Translations under genes and position numbers: made by a program
The notes under the pieces: generated by a model
What the model was told of the DNA's origin: nothing
The model's input: the letters and a program-made list of their open reading frames with translations, nothing else
The model's database searches: none
Shown here: positions 29,488 to 39,317 of the stretch, one piece after another
How the letters are laid out: every line of letters starts with the position of its first letter
Position numbering within the stretch: position 1 is the first letter of the stretch
Source: Candidatus Bathyarchaeota archaeon
GTDB taxonomy: Archaea; Thermoproteota; Bathyarchaeia; Bathyarchaeales; Bathycorpusculaceae
Direction of reading: 5' to 3'
Assembly: GCA_963715865.1 (NCBI GenBank)
Contig: OY970280.1
Coordinates: forward strand, 1,184,001-1,248,000
DNA: 64,000 nt

Positions 29488-29570
29488 AACTCATAGAATG
29501 CAACTCAGAGATTATAACAAGCGATAAACATTTGAAAGACCTAAAAAACGTCAAATTCATTAATAAATAA
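29481..29570 (+). pseudogene. Internally deleted VapC (PIN) toxin remnant
   Basis: MVKLIECNSEIITSDKHLKDLKNVKFINK*: PIN-like C-terminal 'IITSD..' end joined to a start that overlaps the antitoxin stop. Confidence 0.55.
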
Positions 29571-29709
29571 CAGTTTGCAGGCGTAGAGTTTCAATTTGTC
29601 GTGAACGCTATAGAGCTGTGTTGCTCAGGATTTCGAATACAAAGGGCTGCTCAAGATTTTCTTTTCATAACCGATAAATCAAGATTAGCCTAAACGCATA
29701 AACGAGTGA

Positions 29710-29910
29710 ATGATTGTCATGGAACACGAAGAGCAAATTCCCTGCGCTGACTGCCGTTTATGGAATTCAAAAGAGAAAAAATTCTCCTGCAAGCCCAAAG
29801 ACTGCAAGGAACTCTCCGCGTGGCTTCTTCAATATGCACCTCAACTTAGCGCAGAAAAAGCACAAATGCAAGTGCAGCTTCCAGAAATCGCAATCCAATA
29901 CGTAGTCTAG
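29710..29910 (+). CDS. Small Cys-containing hypothetical protein
   Basis: 66 aa with 'CADC..C....C'. Confidence 0.5.
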   Translation: MIVMEHEEQIPCADCRLWNSKEKKFSCKPKDCKELSAWLLQYAPQLSAEKAQMQVQLPEIAIQYVV

Positions 29911-30132
29911 AAATTAAAACTGACACTCCAAGCTGAAAAGAAAGGATCAGGAAGAAAGAAGTTCTGATTTCAAATGAGTTCTTTATGTAAGCCAACTTAG
30001 AGATGAAGAGGACCGTTTTTGATACTTGTAGATTCATACGGTTGGATAGAATCGAACAAAGAAATAAAAAGTTACTAAAGAATCTTTTTACATTTTATTG
30101 TGCGGAAAACATATCAAGCCGATGCAATCATC

Positions 30133-31488
30133 ATGCAAATGGCAATGACAGTTACATCAAAACCACCGCAAAGCGTTCGTGCTTCAGATAATTGGTTAAA
30201 AGACCTTCTAAAAAGCAGTAACAGCTTCGCGGATGATAGCCAAATTGTTGCCCGAGCCCGACAGGACAGCTTATGCGTACTGTGCAAGGGCGCAAGGTTT
30301 CTCTGCGGCAAAACCCGTTGCCCAATAATGGTTAAAGTTAACTATTTCCTCAAAAGCGTGCCGCTGATGGCAAGTGAAGACATCAATGGCATGTCTCCGC
30401 CAAGCGTTTTCATCGGTCGAATCGGCTACCCGAACGTTTATGCCGGACCGCTTGTGCCGCCTGTGCATGAGGATACGAGCATTTACGATTTGCCTGAACG
30501 TTGGTTTGGGAAATCAATGGATGAAATTGTGGGTTTCCGAAGCCTACTTGTACGTGGTAAACACAGGGTAAACGTGCAAAAATTCATGGACGCAGGCAAA
30601 ATACTGGACCAAACACGCGAGCTAGCCCTTGCAGACAGCAGCGTAGACACCGAATTGAACCTTACAAAAAAGCCGCGGGGCTCAATATTTCTCGATGACA
30701 ATGTTCAACCGTTTGGTCCTTCAGCGCCCATCCGAGACCTGCACGTCGGCAACGCACGGTACGATGATAAGATTGAGAAAGCGTATTATGATACGGATTT
30801 GCGAGCTACACAGGCGGTGCGTGAACTTTACAGTCGAGGCGTCATGGTCTCAAAGATTCAGAAAGCATTCAGCGTCGGCGCTTTTGGAGTTGAAAAGAAC
30901 AGGCGCCTGGTCCCTACACGATGGAGCATAACAGCCGTCGACGACATTATCTCAAAAAATCTCATGGAAAACGTAAAAACTTTTCCTGAAATCAACGAAT
31001 ACAGGGTTTACGAGTCAACCTACTTGGATAATGTTTTTGAGATTTTGATGATTCCTGCACAGTGGAGTTACGAGTCAATGGAAGCCTGGTACCCAGGCAC
31101 CGTTTGGAACCCGAATGGAAACAGCATCGCGATTTTCTCTGATTGGGAAGGCAACAGTGGACGAACCACTTACGCTCAGATAGGCGGCTGCTACTACTCC
31201 GCTCGCTTGGCAGTTTGTGAGCAATTAGCCAAAGAACGGCGCCAAGCCACCGTAATTGTGCTCAGAGAAGCAAGACCAGGCTACATCATGCCCATCGGCG
31301 TCTGGCAAGTACGCGAAAACGTGAGGAACGCCATGCGTCAAAAGCCGCACCTTTTCAAAAGTCTCGCTGAATCCATGCAGTTTATCGGTGGCAAATTCGA
31401 GATCCCAATTCAACGGTGGATTCTGCAAAGTGAACTGTTAAAGAAAGCACTGTTCCAGAAAAAAATAACCGACTTCTTTTCGCCCTAA
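30133..31488 (+). CDS. nreA: Nre family DNA repair protein
   Basis: N-terminal 'CVLCKGARFLCGKTRCP', 'LVPTRWSITAVDD', C-terminal PIP box 'QKKITDFF'; start uncertain (30133-30145). Confidence 0.9.
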   Translation: MQMAMTVTSKPPQSVRASDNWLKDLLKSSNSFADDSQIVARARQDSLCVLCKGARFLCGKTRCPIMVKVNYFLKSVPLMASEDINGMSPPSVFIGRIGYPNVYAGPLVPPVHEDTSIYDLPERWFGKSMDEIVGFRSLLVRGKHRVNVQKFMDAGKILDQTRELALADSSVDTELNLTKKPRGSIFLDDNVQPFGPSAPIRDLHVGNARYDDKIEKAYYDTDLRATQAVRELYSRGVMVSKIQKAFSVGAFGVEKNRRLVPTRWSITAVDDIISKNLMENVKTFPEINEYRVYESTYLDNVFEILMIPAQWSYESMEAWYPGTVWNPNGNSIAIFSDWEGNSGRTTYAQIGGCYYSARLAVCEQLAKERRQATVIVLREARPGYIMPIGVWQVRENVRNAMRQKPHLFKSLAESMQFIGGKFEIPIQRWILQSELLKKALFQKKITDFFSP

Positions 31489-31559
31489 ATAGCAACTTTT
31501 TCAACAAGGGCGCAATTATAATATATAACGTGCTGTCTCTTCAGAAACTGGAGAAACTT

Positions 31560-32027
31560 ATGCCATATACAATTTGTTATCATTTTAGTCAGAGTTTTGC
31601 TGTTTCCGCTCGTAAGGCATACCTGTGGTGCACTGACTTTACTCCTGAAGACCATGCCCTCATGGGTGAAGACAACGTTGAACGCCAAGTGATGCACCTT
31701 ACAGATAGTACCGTAGTTTTGAAGGAAATTTTTCACACAAGCAACGGTGATATTGAGAAGCAAAAGCTTGTGCAGTTCTATCCAGACCGACTATCTTGGG
31801 TCTCGACACATTTAACAGGTCCAAACAAATATTCCCAGTTCATTTATGAGGTCTCAGCAGAAGGCAATAATGCTTCACGTCTGAATTTTACTGCACTCCA
31901 TATAGAGCATGAAAAAGAAATCATGACCAAGACGGATATCAAGTTGCTTGCAGGTAAATTGTGTAAATATGATTCAAAAGCATGGAAGCTTTTAGCTAAA
32001 GCAATGGAGAAAGAGCTTAACAAGTAA
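31560..32027 (+). CDS. Hypothetical protein, possibly SRPBCC/START-like fold
   Basis: ATG after GGAG; beta-rich core with a C-terminal helix. Confidence 0.6.
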   Translation: MPYTICYHFSQSFAVSARKAYLWCTDFTPEDHALMGEDNVERQVMHLTDSTVVLKEIFHTSNGDIEKQKLVQFYPDRLSWVSTHLTGPNKYSQFIYEVSAEGNNASRLNFTALHIEHEKEIMTKTDIKLLAGKLCKYDSKAWKLLAKAMEKELNK

Positions 32028-32163
32028 CCGCAGGATAAAAAGAAGAATGCAGAATAATTACTTAAGAGGCGCTTTCCCAAAAGAAGATAACAGACTTCTT
32101 CAGGGCTTAAGTTTGACGGCAAATTTTAAAAAAGCAACCCCTTATACTCTGACCTGACGCCAA

Positions 32164-33795
32164 ATGTTAAACTCTGCAGTCAAACGGTTCATCTTGCCCT
32201 TTTCACCAGAGAAACGCAGAGAACCGTTCAGCTCCGAAGCTGAAGCAGCCACTGTTTATGCGCTTGCAGAGCTTGAAAGAACAAAAGGCGGCGGCTTAAT
32301 CGTAAAGCAGCCTGAAGAAAAACTCCTATTCATAGCGAAAACAGGTTATCCAGTGTGGCTGTTTCCCAAGAGCGAAACCACGTACATCTTCGACGGCTTA
32401 AACAATTCCAGCTATACCGTGCCCTACGTTGAATTGCCCACTGCAAAAGCATTCATCGAGAGCTTGGAGAGAAACTCGAAGACGCGTGAAAATTATATGA
32501 CTTTCCTATCTGACCATAACAGCTACTTTCAGCAGTCCAAGAAAGAGAAAGGATTCTCGCTGAGGGGCTTAATCGCTGACTTGGATTTTAAAAAAGAGTT
32601 CAGCGTTTACCGCAAAGAAGCCATGGAAGTAACAGGTCAGCTTGCAAATTTAGCCCTACTTTCTCCAACGCTGGAAGAGACAACGATTTCTTCTATGTTA
32701 GCTGAAATGGATAAGTTACAATCGTTCCTCAAGGAAGACGCTAAGAGGCTTCCAGAATGCCTAAAACTTGTAAACAAGGCTACCAGCCAATACATAACGG
32801 AACTGGATTATGCAGCAGAAGCTGTGAAAGACGAGGCGAAGGCTAAAATCAGAGCTCAAGAAGAACTTGTAAACCCCCAAGTCGCCAAGTTAAACAGCGA
32901 ATATAAACGGCGAATAGCTGATTTAACCAGAAGCTTTGACGAAGAACTCGAAAGTCTCGAAAAACTAAAAGCAAAAACAAAAAAATTCATGGAAAACGAT
33001 GAAGAAAAAATCAGACTTTACCAAAGGGAAGCGAAAGCTCAAGCATCAAAGAAACATGTAATCTATGAAAAGAGATGGAAAGAAAAAAGCAGTCAAACTA
33101 AAAAAGAACTCGATGGACTAAAAAAAGAACTAAAACGCATAGAAAAAAGCATTAAAAATCTAAAAAAGCAAAAGACCGCGGAAACATACAAGTTACAGTC
33201 TAAACTTGAAGCTGAAATTAAGTTAGCTCGTCAGCCCTTGCTTGAACTTGAAGTTGTCCGTGACGCTAAAATGCTTGCCTTTAGGCAGGAAACTGAGAAG
33301 CTGATTAAACAGGAAAAGCCCGTAATCGATGGACTTAATGGCACCATTAAACTGCGAGAAGCAATCAACGCTAGGTTTGAAATGCTAGGCATTAGAGACC
33401 AACAGTTGAAGAGTCCAGCGTTGTTTTATGTACCCTTCTACGTGGCTTGCTATCAAGCAGGATACGCGAAACGTTACATTTTTCTTGCTCCATCGATGAT
33501 AAGCGCCATCGGTTTCGCTGCCAAACTTAAGGGTGTATTAGGCATGTCAAAAATTAAAGAACTGTTTATTCCACGGTTCCAAGCAATAACAGCCTTAATT
33601 GACAAAGTCCAAGTGCTTGCTAAACAAGACACCTTGTTGGATAACCAAATTAGAGATTTGGGTGAAAAAAACAATCTCTTGAACACAGATTTGGCTCGTG
33701 ACAATATAGCTAAAGGCTTAGTTTACCTAAAACACGAAGGATGGCTTTCAGATAAAGAGTATCAGGTTTTAAGCAGTAGCTTGGCATATGCTTAG
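32164..33795 (+). CDS. Long coiled-coil hypothetical protein
   Basis: 543 aa, central K/E-rich heptad region. Confidence 0.75.
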   Translation: MLNSAVKRFILPFSPEKRREPFSSEAEAATVYALAELERTKGGGLIVKQPEEKLLFIAKTGYPVWLFPKSETTYIFDGLNNSSYTVPYVELPTAKAFIESLERNSKTRENYMTFLSDHNSYFQQSKKEKGFSLRGLIADLDFKKEFSVYRKEAMEVTGQLANLALLSPTLEETTISSMLAEMDKLQSFLKEDAKRLPECLKLVNKATSQYITELDYAAEAVKDEAKAKIRAQEELVNPQVAKLNSEYKRRIADLTRSFDEELESLEKLKAKTKKFMENDEEKIRLYQREAKAQASKKHVIYEKRWKEKSSQTKKELDGLKKELKRIEKSIKNLKKQKTAETYKLQSKLEAEIKLARQPLLELEVVRDAKMLAFRQETEKLIKQEKPVIDGLNGTIKLREAINARFEMLGIRDQQLKSPALFYVPFYVACYQAGYAKRYIFLAPSMISAIGFAAKLKGVLGMSKIKELFIPRFQAITALIDKVQVLAKQDTLLDNQIRDLGEKNNLLNTDLARDNIAKGLVYLKHEGWLSDKEYQVLSSSLAYA

Positions 33796-33864
33796 TGTAA
33801 ATTTGCTTTTTGGTTGATTCAAAAAACTTATTGCGTTCCTCACGTCTGATACTAATAAGTTAGC

Positions 33865-33880
33865 TGCACTGTTTAGTGCA
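33865..33880. promoter_or_regulatory. Palindrome upstream of the metal ABC genes
   Basis: TGCACT-GTTT-AGTGCA about 22 nt before ATG 33903. Confidence 0.3.
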
Positions 33881-33902
33881 CGACGAAAAACAGTGATAAA
33901 TA

Positions 33903-34598
33903 ATGGCTGAAAGTAACGATTACATATTGAAAGTTTCAAATTTAACCGTGAAACTACAAAATCAAGTTATACTGGATAACATTAGCTTTAATGTTAAGAA
34001 AGGAACAACCTTAGCCATTCTTGGACCAAACGGCGCAGGAAAAACAGTCCTTTTCAGGACGTTACTTAATCTTGTTCCACACACAGGCTCAATCGAGTGG
34101 GCGGAAAAAGTAAAAATTGGCTATGTCCCCCAATACGTCACCGTTTCGGACGTTCCTATTTCAGTAAAAGAGTTTTTATCAATGGGAAATGCAGTCGACT
34201 TTGAGAATTCATTAAGCATGGTGAAGTTAAAGGATAAGAATATTTTAAACAAGCGATTAGGTGTCCTCTCCGGCGGACAATTGAGGCGAATTTTGATTGC
34301 CTGGGCGTTGAATGATAGCCCCAATGTGCTGTTCTTGGATGAGCCAACAAGCGGCGTTGACATGGATAGTGAAGAACCAATATACCTCATGCTTAACGAA
34401 ATCAAAAAGACACAAAAAATAACTATTTTCCTGATAACCCATAACATTCATATTGTACAGGAATACGCAGACGATTTAATCGCATTAAACAAATGTGTTA
34501 CCTTCTGTGGACCATCAGAAGAAATAGCAAGGCCAGAGACTCAGAGGCTGATTTATGGTGAGACAGTCTGCGTCGAAACTATAAGAGGAGAAACGTAA
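33903..34598 (+). CDS. Zn/Mn ABC transporter ATP-binding protein (ZnuC-like)
   Basis: 'GPNGAGKT', 'LSGGQ', 'LDEPT', 'GYVPQ'. Confidence 0.9.
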   Translation: MAESNDYILKVSNLTVKLQNQVILDNISFNVKKGTTLAILGPNGAGKTVLFRTLLNLVPHTGSIEWAEKVKIGYVPQYVTVSDVPISVKEFLSMGNAVDFENSLSMVKLKDKNILNKRLGVLSGGQLRRILIAWALNDSPNVLFLDEPTSGVDMDSEEPIYLMLNEIKKTQKITIFLITHNIHIVQEYADDLIALNKCVTFCGPSEEIARPETQRLIYGETVCVETIRGET

Positions 34599-34602
34599 GA
34601 TT

Positions 34603-35400
34603 ATGCTTGATACTTTTTTTTATAGTATAGTTTTATCGATTTTTGTTGGGGTTGCCACAGGATACTTAGGCTCATTAATGGTTTTAGAGAAAATGGCTCT
34701 GGTTGGTGATGCTTTATCGCATGTCGCTTTGCCTGGATTGGCTATCGGAATTACCTTCCATTTTAACCCGTTTTTAGGTGCTTTTGCCTTTTTGTTTGTG
34801 TCAGCAGCTGTAATTTGGCATATTCAGAGAGTAACAAAGATTTCTTTTGAGGCGCTGGTTGGAGCAATGTTCACTCTTGCATTAGCAATAGGCATACTGC
34901 TCTATGGGAATAATTTGGATGCACTTGAAGCCGCACTTTTCGGTGATATTTCTCAAGTAACAATGGTTAGCACCTTAGTAGCAGCCTCAGTCTGTGTTAT
35001 AGCGATAATCCTCACAAAAATTATTTACGATAAGTTGGTTTTGGCGATGATTTCTGAAGATCTTGCAATTTCAAAAGGTATCAACGTTGCAAGAACAAAC
35101 TTGCTATATCTTTTTCTCGTTTCCGTCGTTGTGGCCATTGGCATTCAGATAGTTGGAACATTACTAGTTGGTTTTCTTGTTATTGTGCCTGCAATAGCAG
35201 CTAAGAATTTAAGCACTCATATGCGAAGATATTCTTTGTTTAGCTCAATTTTTGGTGCTGCCGCTGGGTTTTCAGGGGTTCTTTTATGGAGCGTTTTTAA
35301 CTTTGGTATTCCTTTTCCCGGACCGATGGTTGTTTTCTCAGGCATCGTAATCTTTGCTATAACTATAGTAATCAATTGGAGACTAAAAATAACAACCTAA
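34603..35400 (+). CDS. Zn/Mn ABC transporter permease (ZnuB-like)
   Basis: 'ALVGDALSHVALPG', 'LFGDI', 'VGTLLV'. Confidence 0.9.
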   Translation: MLDTFFYSIVLSIFVGVATGYLGSLMVLEKMALVGDALSHVALPGLAIGITFHFNPFLGAFAFLFVSAAVIWHIQRVTKISFEALVGAMFTLALAIGILLYGNNLDALEAALFGDISQVTMVSTLVAASVCVIAIILTKIIYDKLVLAMISEDLAISKGINVARTNLLYLFLVSVVVAIGIQIVGTLLVGFLVIVPAIAAKNLSTHMRRYSLFSSIFGAAAGFSGVLLWSVFNFGIPFPGPMVVFSGIVIFAITIVINWRLKITT

Positions 35401-35411
35401 GGTTGACTGCC

Positions 35412-35834
35412 ATGAAGAAGTATACAGGTAAAACCTCAACTGCCATAATACCGTTTACGACGGATCGGATTTTACTTGTTAAAAGAAACACTGTTCCCTT
35501 CAAGGGTTATTGGGCTTTGCCTGGCGGCAGAATGGACCCAGGCGAAACAGTTGAGCAAACCATCGTTCGCGAGGTGAAAGAGGAAACAGGTCTTGACGTA
35601 ACAGTGGTTCGCAAAATAGGCGAATACATCGAGAAAGGAGTAAAAGATGAAGTGGAATACGAGTATTACCCTACATGTTTCCTTGTTAAAACCGTCGGCG
35701 GAGAAATCAAAAAGCAAGAAAGCGAAATCCAAGAAATCCAAATCTTCAGCCTAAAAGAACTGCCGCAACCGCTGGCGTTTGAACACGACAAGATGATTAA
35801 AGATTATTTAAGCAGTAAAAATAAGGAACGTTAG
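35412..35834 (+). CDS. NUDIX hydrolase
   Basis: Nudix box 'GGRMDPGETVEQTIVREVKEETGL', 'LAFEH'. Confidence 0.9.
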   Translation: MKKYTGKTSTAIIPFTTDRILLVKRNTVPFKGYWALPGGRMDPGETVEQTIVREVKEETGLDVTVVRKIGEYIEKGVKDEVEYEYYPTCFLVKTVGGEIKKQESEIQEIQIFSLKELPQPLAFEHDKMIKDYLSSKNKER

Positions 35835-35885
35835 ACCGCAAACGTTGAATGATTGAATCGCGAGAGCTTACTTTCTTGATTATAG

Positions 35886-36293
35886 TTACTGCTTTTCCAA
35901 TACCTTCCTTACTTCACTAAGAACGTCTGAGAAATCGGCTTCTTTATCTGGCTTCATCCCTTTTTTAGAAACACTCAATATGGATTTATAGCCTTTGCTG
36001 GCTAACTGCTTTTCCAAAATCTTAAAAGTACTGCCCTTCCAAAAAGCGCAAGTGCAAAACAGGATTGCTTTTTTGCCTTCTTTCTTAGGCATAGTTTCTA
36101 TGAAAGCTAAAGTTTCCTTTGCAGGTCTGGAGCCCTCAACAGGCGTGCCTAGGATTAAGAGGTCAAAGTTTTCGATGGCTGATGGCTCAGTTGACGCTAT
36201 GTTGAAAATGGCTGCTTTTACTGTGTCAGCTATTGCTTCTGCTAGGCGCTTGGTATTTCCTGTTCTTGAAAAGTATAATACGCAAGCGTTCAT
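35886..36293 (-). CDS. Flavodoxin family protein
   Basis: 'YFSRTGNT', 'LILGTP'. Confidence 0.85.
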   Translation of the reverse strand: MNACVLYFSRTGNTKRLAEAIADTVKAAIFNIASTEPSAIENFDLLILGTPVEGSRPAKETLAFIETMPKKEGKKAILFCTCAFWKGSTFKILEKQLASKGYKSILSVSKKGMKPDKEADFSDVLSEVRKVLEKQ

Positions 36294-36391
36294 GGTTTTT
36301 AGATAGCGATTGCTCGGTTTATATGATCTTCTATTAAGCTATGGTGTTAATTTTAATAGTTCTGCAATCAGTATTTCTTTGAGCGAAAATT

Positions 36392-38164
36392 ATGGATTAC
36401 GCCATTATCGCTGATGAGTACGAAAAAATTGAGGCCACCACTAAACGGTTAGAAATGACCGACCTGCTAGTTGGCTTACTAAAAAATACTCCTGTAAACG
36501 TGATTTCAAAGGTTGTTTACTTAACGCAAGGCAAACTATACCCCGACTTCATGGGCGTAGAGATGGGCATTGCAGAAAAACTTGCCATAAAAGCCTTAGC
36601 CCGTGCTTCAGGACAGAGAGAAAGTGAAATTCAATCAGACCTGCAGAAGAGCGGAGACATCGGCGAAACCTCAGGGAAATTTTTAGCAAAACGCAAACAG
36701 TCAACTTTCTTTACAAAAAAGCTTACGGTGGAGCATGTTTACGAGACGCTTGACAAAATGGCTAAAACTTCAGGTTCAGGCGCGGTTGAGTCGAAAATGG
36801 CGCTTTTAGCTGGACTTTTGTCTGATGCCTCGCCGAAAGAGGCAAAATGGATAATCCGAACGGTAACTGGTAACCTTCGCTTAGGCATAGCGGACATGAC
36901 GATGCTTGATGCGTTGGCAATAGCCTACGGCGGCGGAAAGGAAGCTCGCGAACTCATTGAGCGAGCGTATAACATTTCTTCTGACCTTGGCAGAGTTGCA
37001 AGCGAAGTAGCCGAGAAAGGTTTGGACGGACTCAAAAAGTTTCAAGTTATGGTTTTTGAACCCATAAGACCCATGCTGGCAGAGCGGTTGGCTTCGCCTG
37101 AAGAGATTTTGGAGAAACTAGGCGGCAAATGTGTAGCTGAATACAAGTATGATGGCGAGCGGGTGCAAGCGCACAAGAAAGAAGGCAAAGTGATGTTGTT
37201 TTCTAGGCGTTTAGAGAACATTTCTGACCAGTATCCAGACGCGGTTGAATTAATCAAAGAAAAAATAGCTGCAAAAGAAGCCATTTTAGAAGCTGAATGT
37301 GTCGCGATTGATTTAGAAACAGGTGATATGCGCCCATTTCAAGAGCTAATGCATCGAAGACGCAAGTACGGTGTTGAAGCAGCTATAGAACAATATCCTA
37401 TTTCACTATTCGCGTTTGAAGCGCTTTACGTTGACGGCAAAGACTTAACCCTTGAACCTTTCCCTCAAAGGCGCAAAGCACTGGAAAAAATCGTGAAAGA
37501 AAGCGACCGCATAAAACCCGCCATTCAAAAACTAGTCAAGAACTCAAAAGAGCTTGAGGATTTCTTTGAGGAAGCCATAGAGAAGGGCTGCGAAGGGTTA
37601 ATGTGCAAATCCGTCGGGAAAGACTCAGTTTACCAAGCGGGAAGCCGCGGTTGGCTCTGGATAAAATACAAGCGCGACTACAAAAGCGAAATGACCGACA
37701 CAGTAGACCTTGTGGTGGTTGGTGCTTTTCACGGCAGAGGAAAACGGGTGGGAACGTACGGTGCTTTGCTTTTGGCTACCTATGACGATGAAGCGGACAC
37801 TTTTGAAACCGTAACCAAATGCGGCACGGGCTTCACAGACAAAGACCTTAAAACGCTTCACGAAACGCTTCAGAAGCATGTAATTCCCCGCAAGAACTCC
37901 CGTGTCCAGTCAACGTTGGAGGCGGATGTCTGGTTTGAACCCAATTTGGTGCTTGAGATTTTAGGTGCCGAAATCACTTTAAGCCCTATTCACACGTGCG
38001 CTATGGATTCAATACGCAAGGGAAGTGGTTTGGCGATTCGTTTTCCACGTTTCACCGGTAAATACCGAACTGACAAGAGCCCTGAAGACGCGACTACTTC
38101 AAAGGAGATTGTGGAGATGTATCGTGGGCAACTAAAGAAAATCAGCGAACCTCCACAAGCATAG
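36392..38164 (+). CDS. lig: ATP-dependent DNA ligase
   Basis: 'EYKYDGER', 'EGLMCK', 'WIKYKRDY', 'IRFPRF'. Confidence 0.95.
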   Translation: MDYAIIADEYEKIEATTKRLEMTDLLVGLLKNTPVNVISKVVYLTQGKLYPDFMGVEMGIAEKLAIKALARASGQRESEIQSDLQKSGDIGETSGKFLAKRKQSTFFTKKLTVEHVYETLDKMAKTSGSGAVESKMALLAGLLSDASPKEAKWIIRTVTGNLRLGIADMTMLDALAIAYGGGKEARELIERAYNISSDLGRVASEVAEKGLDGLKKFQVMVFEPIRPMLAERLASPEEILEKLGGKCVAEYKYDGERVQAHKKEGKVMLFSRRLENISDQYPDAVELIKEKIAAKEAILEAECVAIDLETGDMRPFQELMHRRRKYGVEAAIEQYPISLFAFEALYVDGKDLTLEPFPQRRKALEKIVKESDRIKPAIQKLVKNSKELEDFFEEAIEKGCEGLMCKSVGKDSVYQAGSRGWLWIKYKRDYKSEMTDTVDLVVVGAFHGRGKRVGTYGALLLATYDDEADTFETVTKCGTGFTDKDLKTLHETLQKHVIPRKNSRVQSTLEADVWFEPNLVLEILGAEITLSPIHTCAMDSIRKGSGLAIRFPRFTGKYRTDKSPEDATTSKEIVEMYRGQLKKISEPPQA

Positions 38165-38220
38165 AAAAGCTAAAACTGATAAGCATCAACCGCTAAAATA
38201 CTGCATGTGCGTGTACTGCC

Positions 38221-38829
38221 TTGGCTCAAGACACAGAAAAAATGAAATCACTCATCGCATTCAAAAAGCGGCTTGAAGAACAACTTGAAAAATTAACGGC
38301 TGAAACTAAAGAGGCTGAGGCTGCCTTGGATACGGTTAATTCTATTTTGCTTGATAAAGGCTTCAGGCGTGGGGACATCAAAGAAGCTCCTGAAGCTCCT
38401 GTACCTGTAGAGGTTATTTTGCCAAAACAAGAGCCTGAAGCGCCAAAGCCTGCTGTACAACATATGCCTGAACCGGAAAGCGTTATACCGTTGAAAACTA
38501 TGACGGATGAACCTTTGGCACTGATTTATTTTGATAAGCAGGCTATGCACGTGTTGCCTGATGAAAGCAAAAATTTCAGTGTTAACACGCCGCCTTTCGG
38601 CAATTTTCTTGTTGAAAGAGTCTTCGCTAAAATGCAGGAAAAAGACAGCGAACTAGTCAGGTTGGGGCAGTTAACAGCGGATAAGATATTCTCTTATAAC
38701 ATTGTGCGCGAAGGCGATTTGATAAGGGAAATAATAATTAGAAACGTTGATGATGAACGGTTGAAAGAGCTTAAGTCGAGCATTCGCTGGACTTTTGATA
38801 AAATGTATGAAAAAATGAAAAGTTCCTAA
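38221..38829 (+). CDS. Hypothetical protein with N-terminal coiled coil
   Basis: 202 aa, co-oriented after lig, TTG start. Confidence 0.7.
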   Translation: MAQDTEKMKSLIAFKKRLEEQLEKLTAETKEAEAALDTVNSILLDKGFRRGDIKEAPEAPVPVEVILPKQEPEAPKPAVQHMPEPESVIPLKTMTDEPLALIYFDKQAMHVLPDESKNFSVNTPPFGNFLVERVFAKMQEKDSELVRLGQLTADKIFSYNIVREGDLIREIIIRNVDDERLKELKSSIRWTFDKMYEKMKSS

Positions 38830-38831
38830 GG

Positions 38832-39158
38832 CTACTCTGAATGTTTCTTTATCGTGTCAGCTATTCTGCTTTTTGGGCATAAACCCACGAGTCTTTCGGT
38901 TTCCGCTCCGTTTTTGAAAATTATCATTGTCGGTATGCTGAAAACTTGGAAACGCTCAGCCGTAACTGGGTTCTCGTCAACGTCAAGTTTGCCGATTAAG
39001 GCTTTCCCGCTGTACTCTTTTGCTAATTCCTGGATTGTTGGAGCTAAGGCTCTGCACGGACCACACCAGTTAGCCCAGAAATCAACAAAAACTAGCTTGT
39101 TTTTCTTGATTGTTTCTTCAAAATTTGCATCGGTTACATGAAAAGGTTCAGTGCTCAT
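38832..39158 (-). CDS. trxA: Thioredoxin
   Basis: 'DFWANWCGPC', 'SIPT'. Confidence 0.92.
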   Translation of the reverse strand: MSTEPFHVTDANFEETIKKNKLVFVDFWANWCGPCRALAPTIQELAKEYSGKALIGKLDVDENPVTAERFQVFSIPTMIIFKNGAETERLVGLCPKSRIADTIKKHSE

Positions 39159-39317
39159 TTGTTTTGACTCCTTTTTCATAGAGTATTTTAAAGTTTGTTT
39201 GATATAAAGGCTCTTGAATGCTTAAGCGCGTTTGCCTCCTATTTTGTACTAAAACCAAAAAAGCGATAAATCAAGCAGTATTACTACTTCACGCGGTAAA
39301 TAGTTGCCTCAAAAAAA

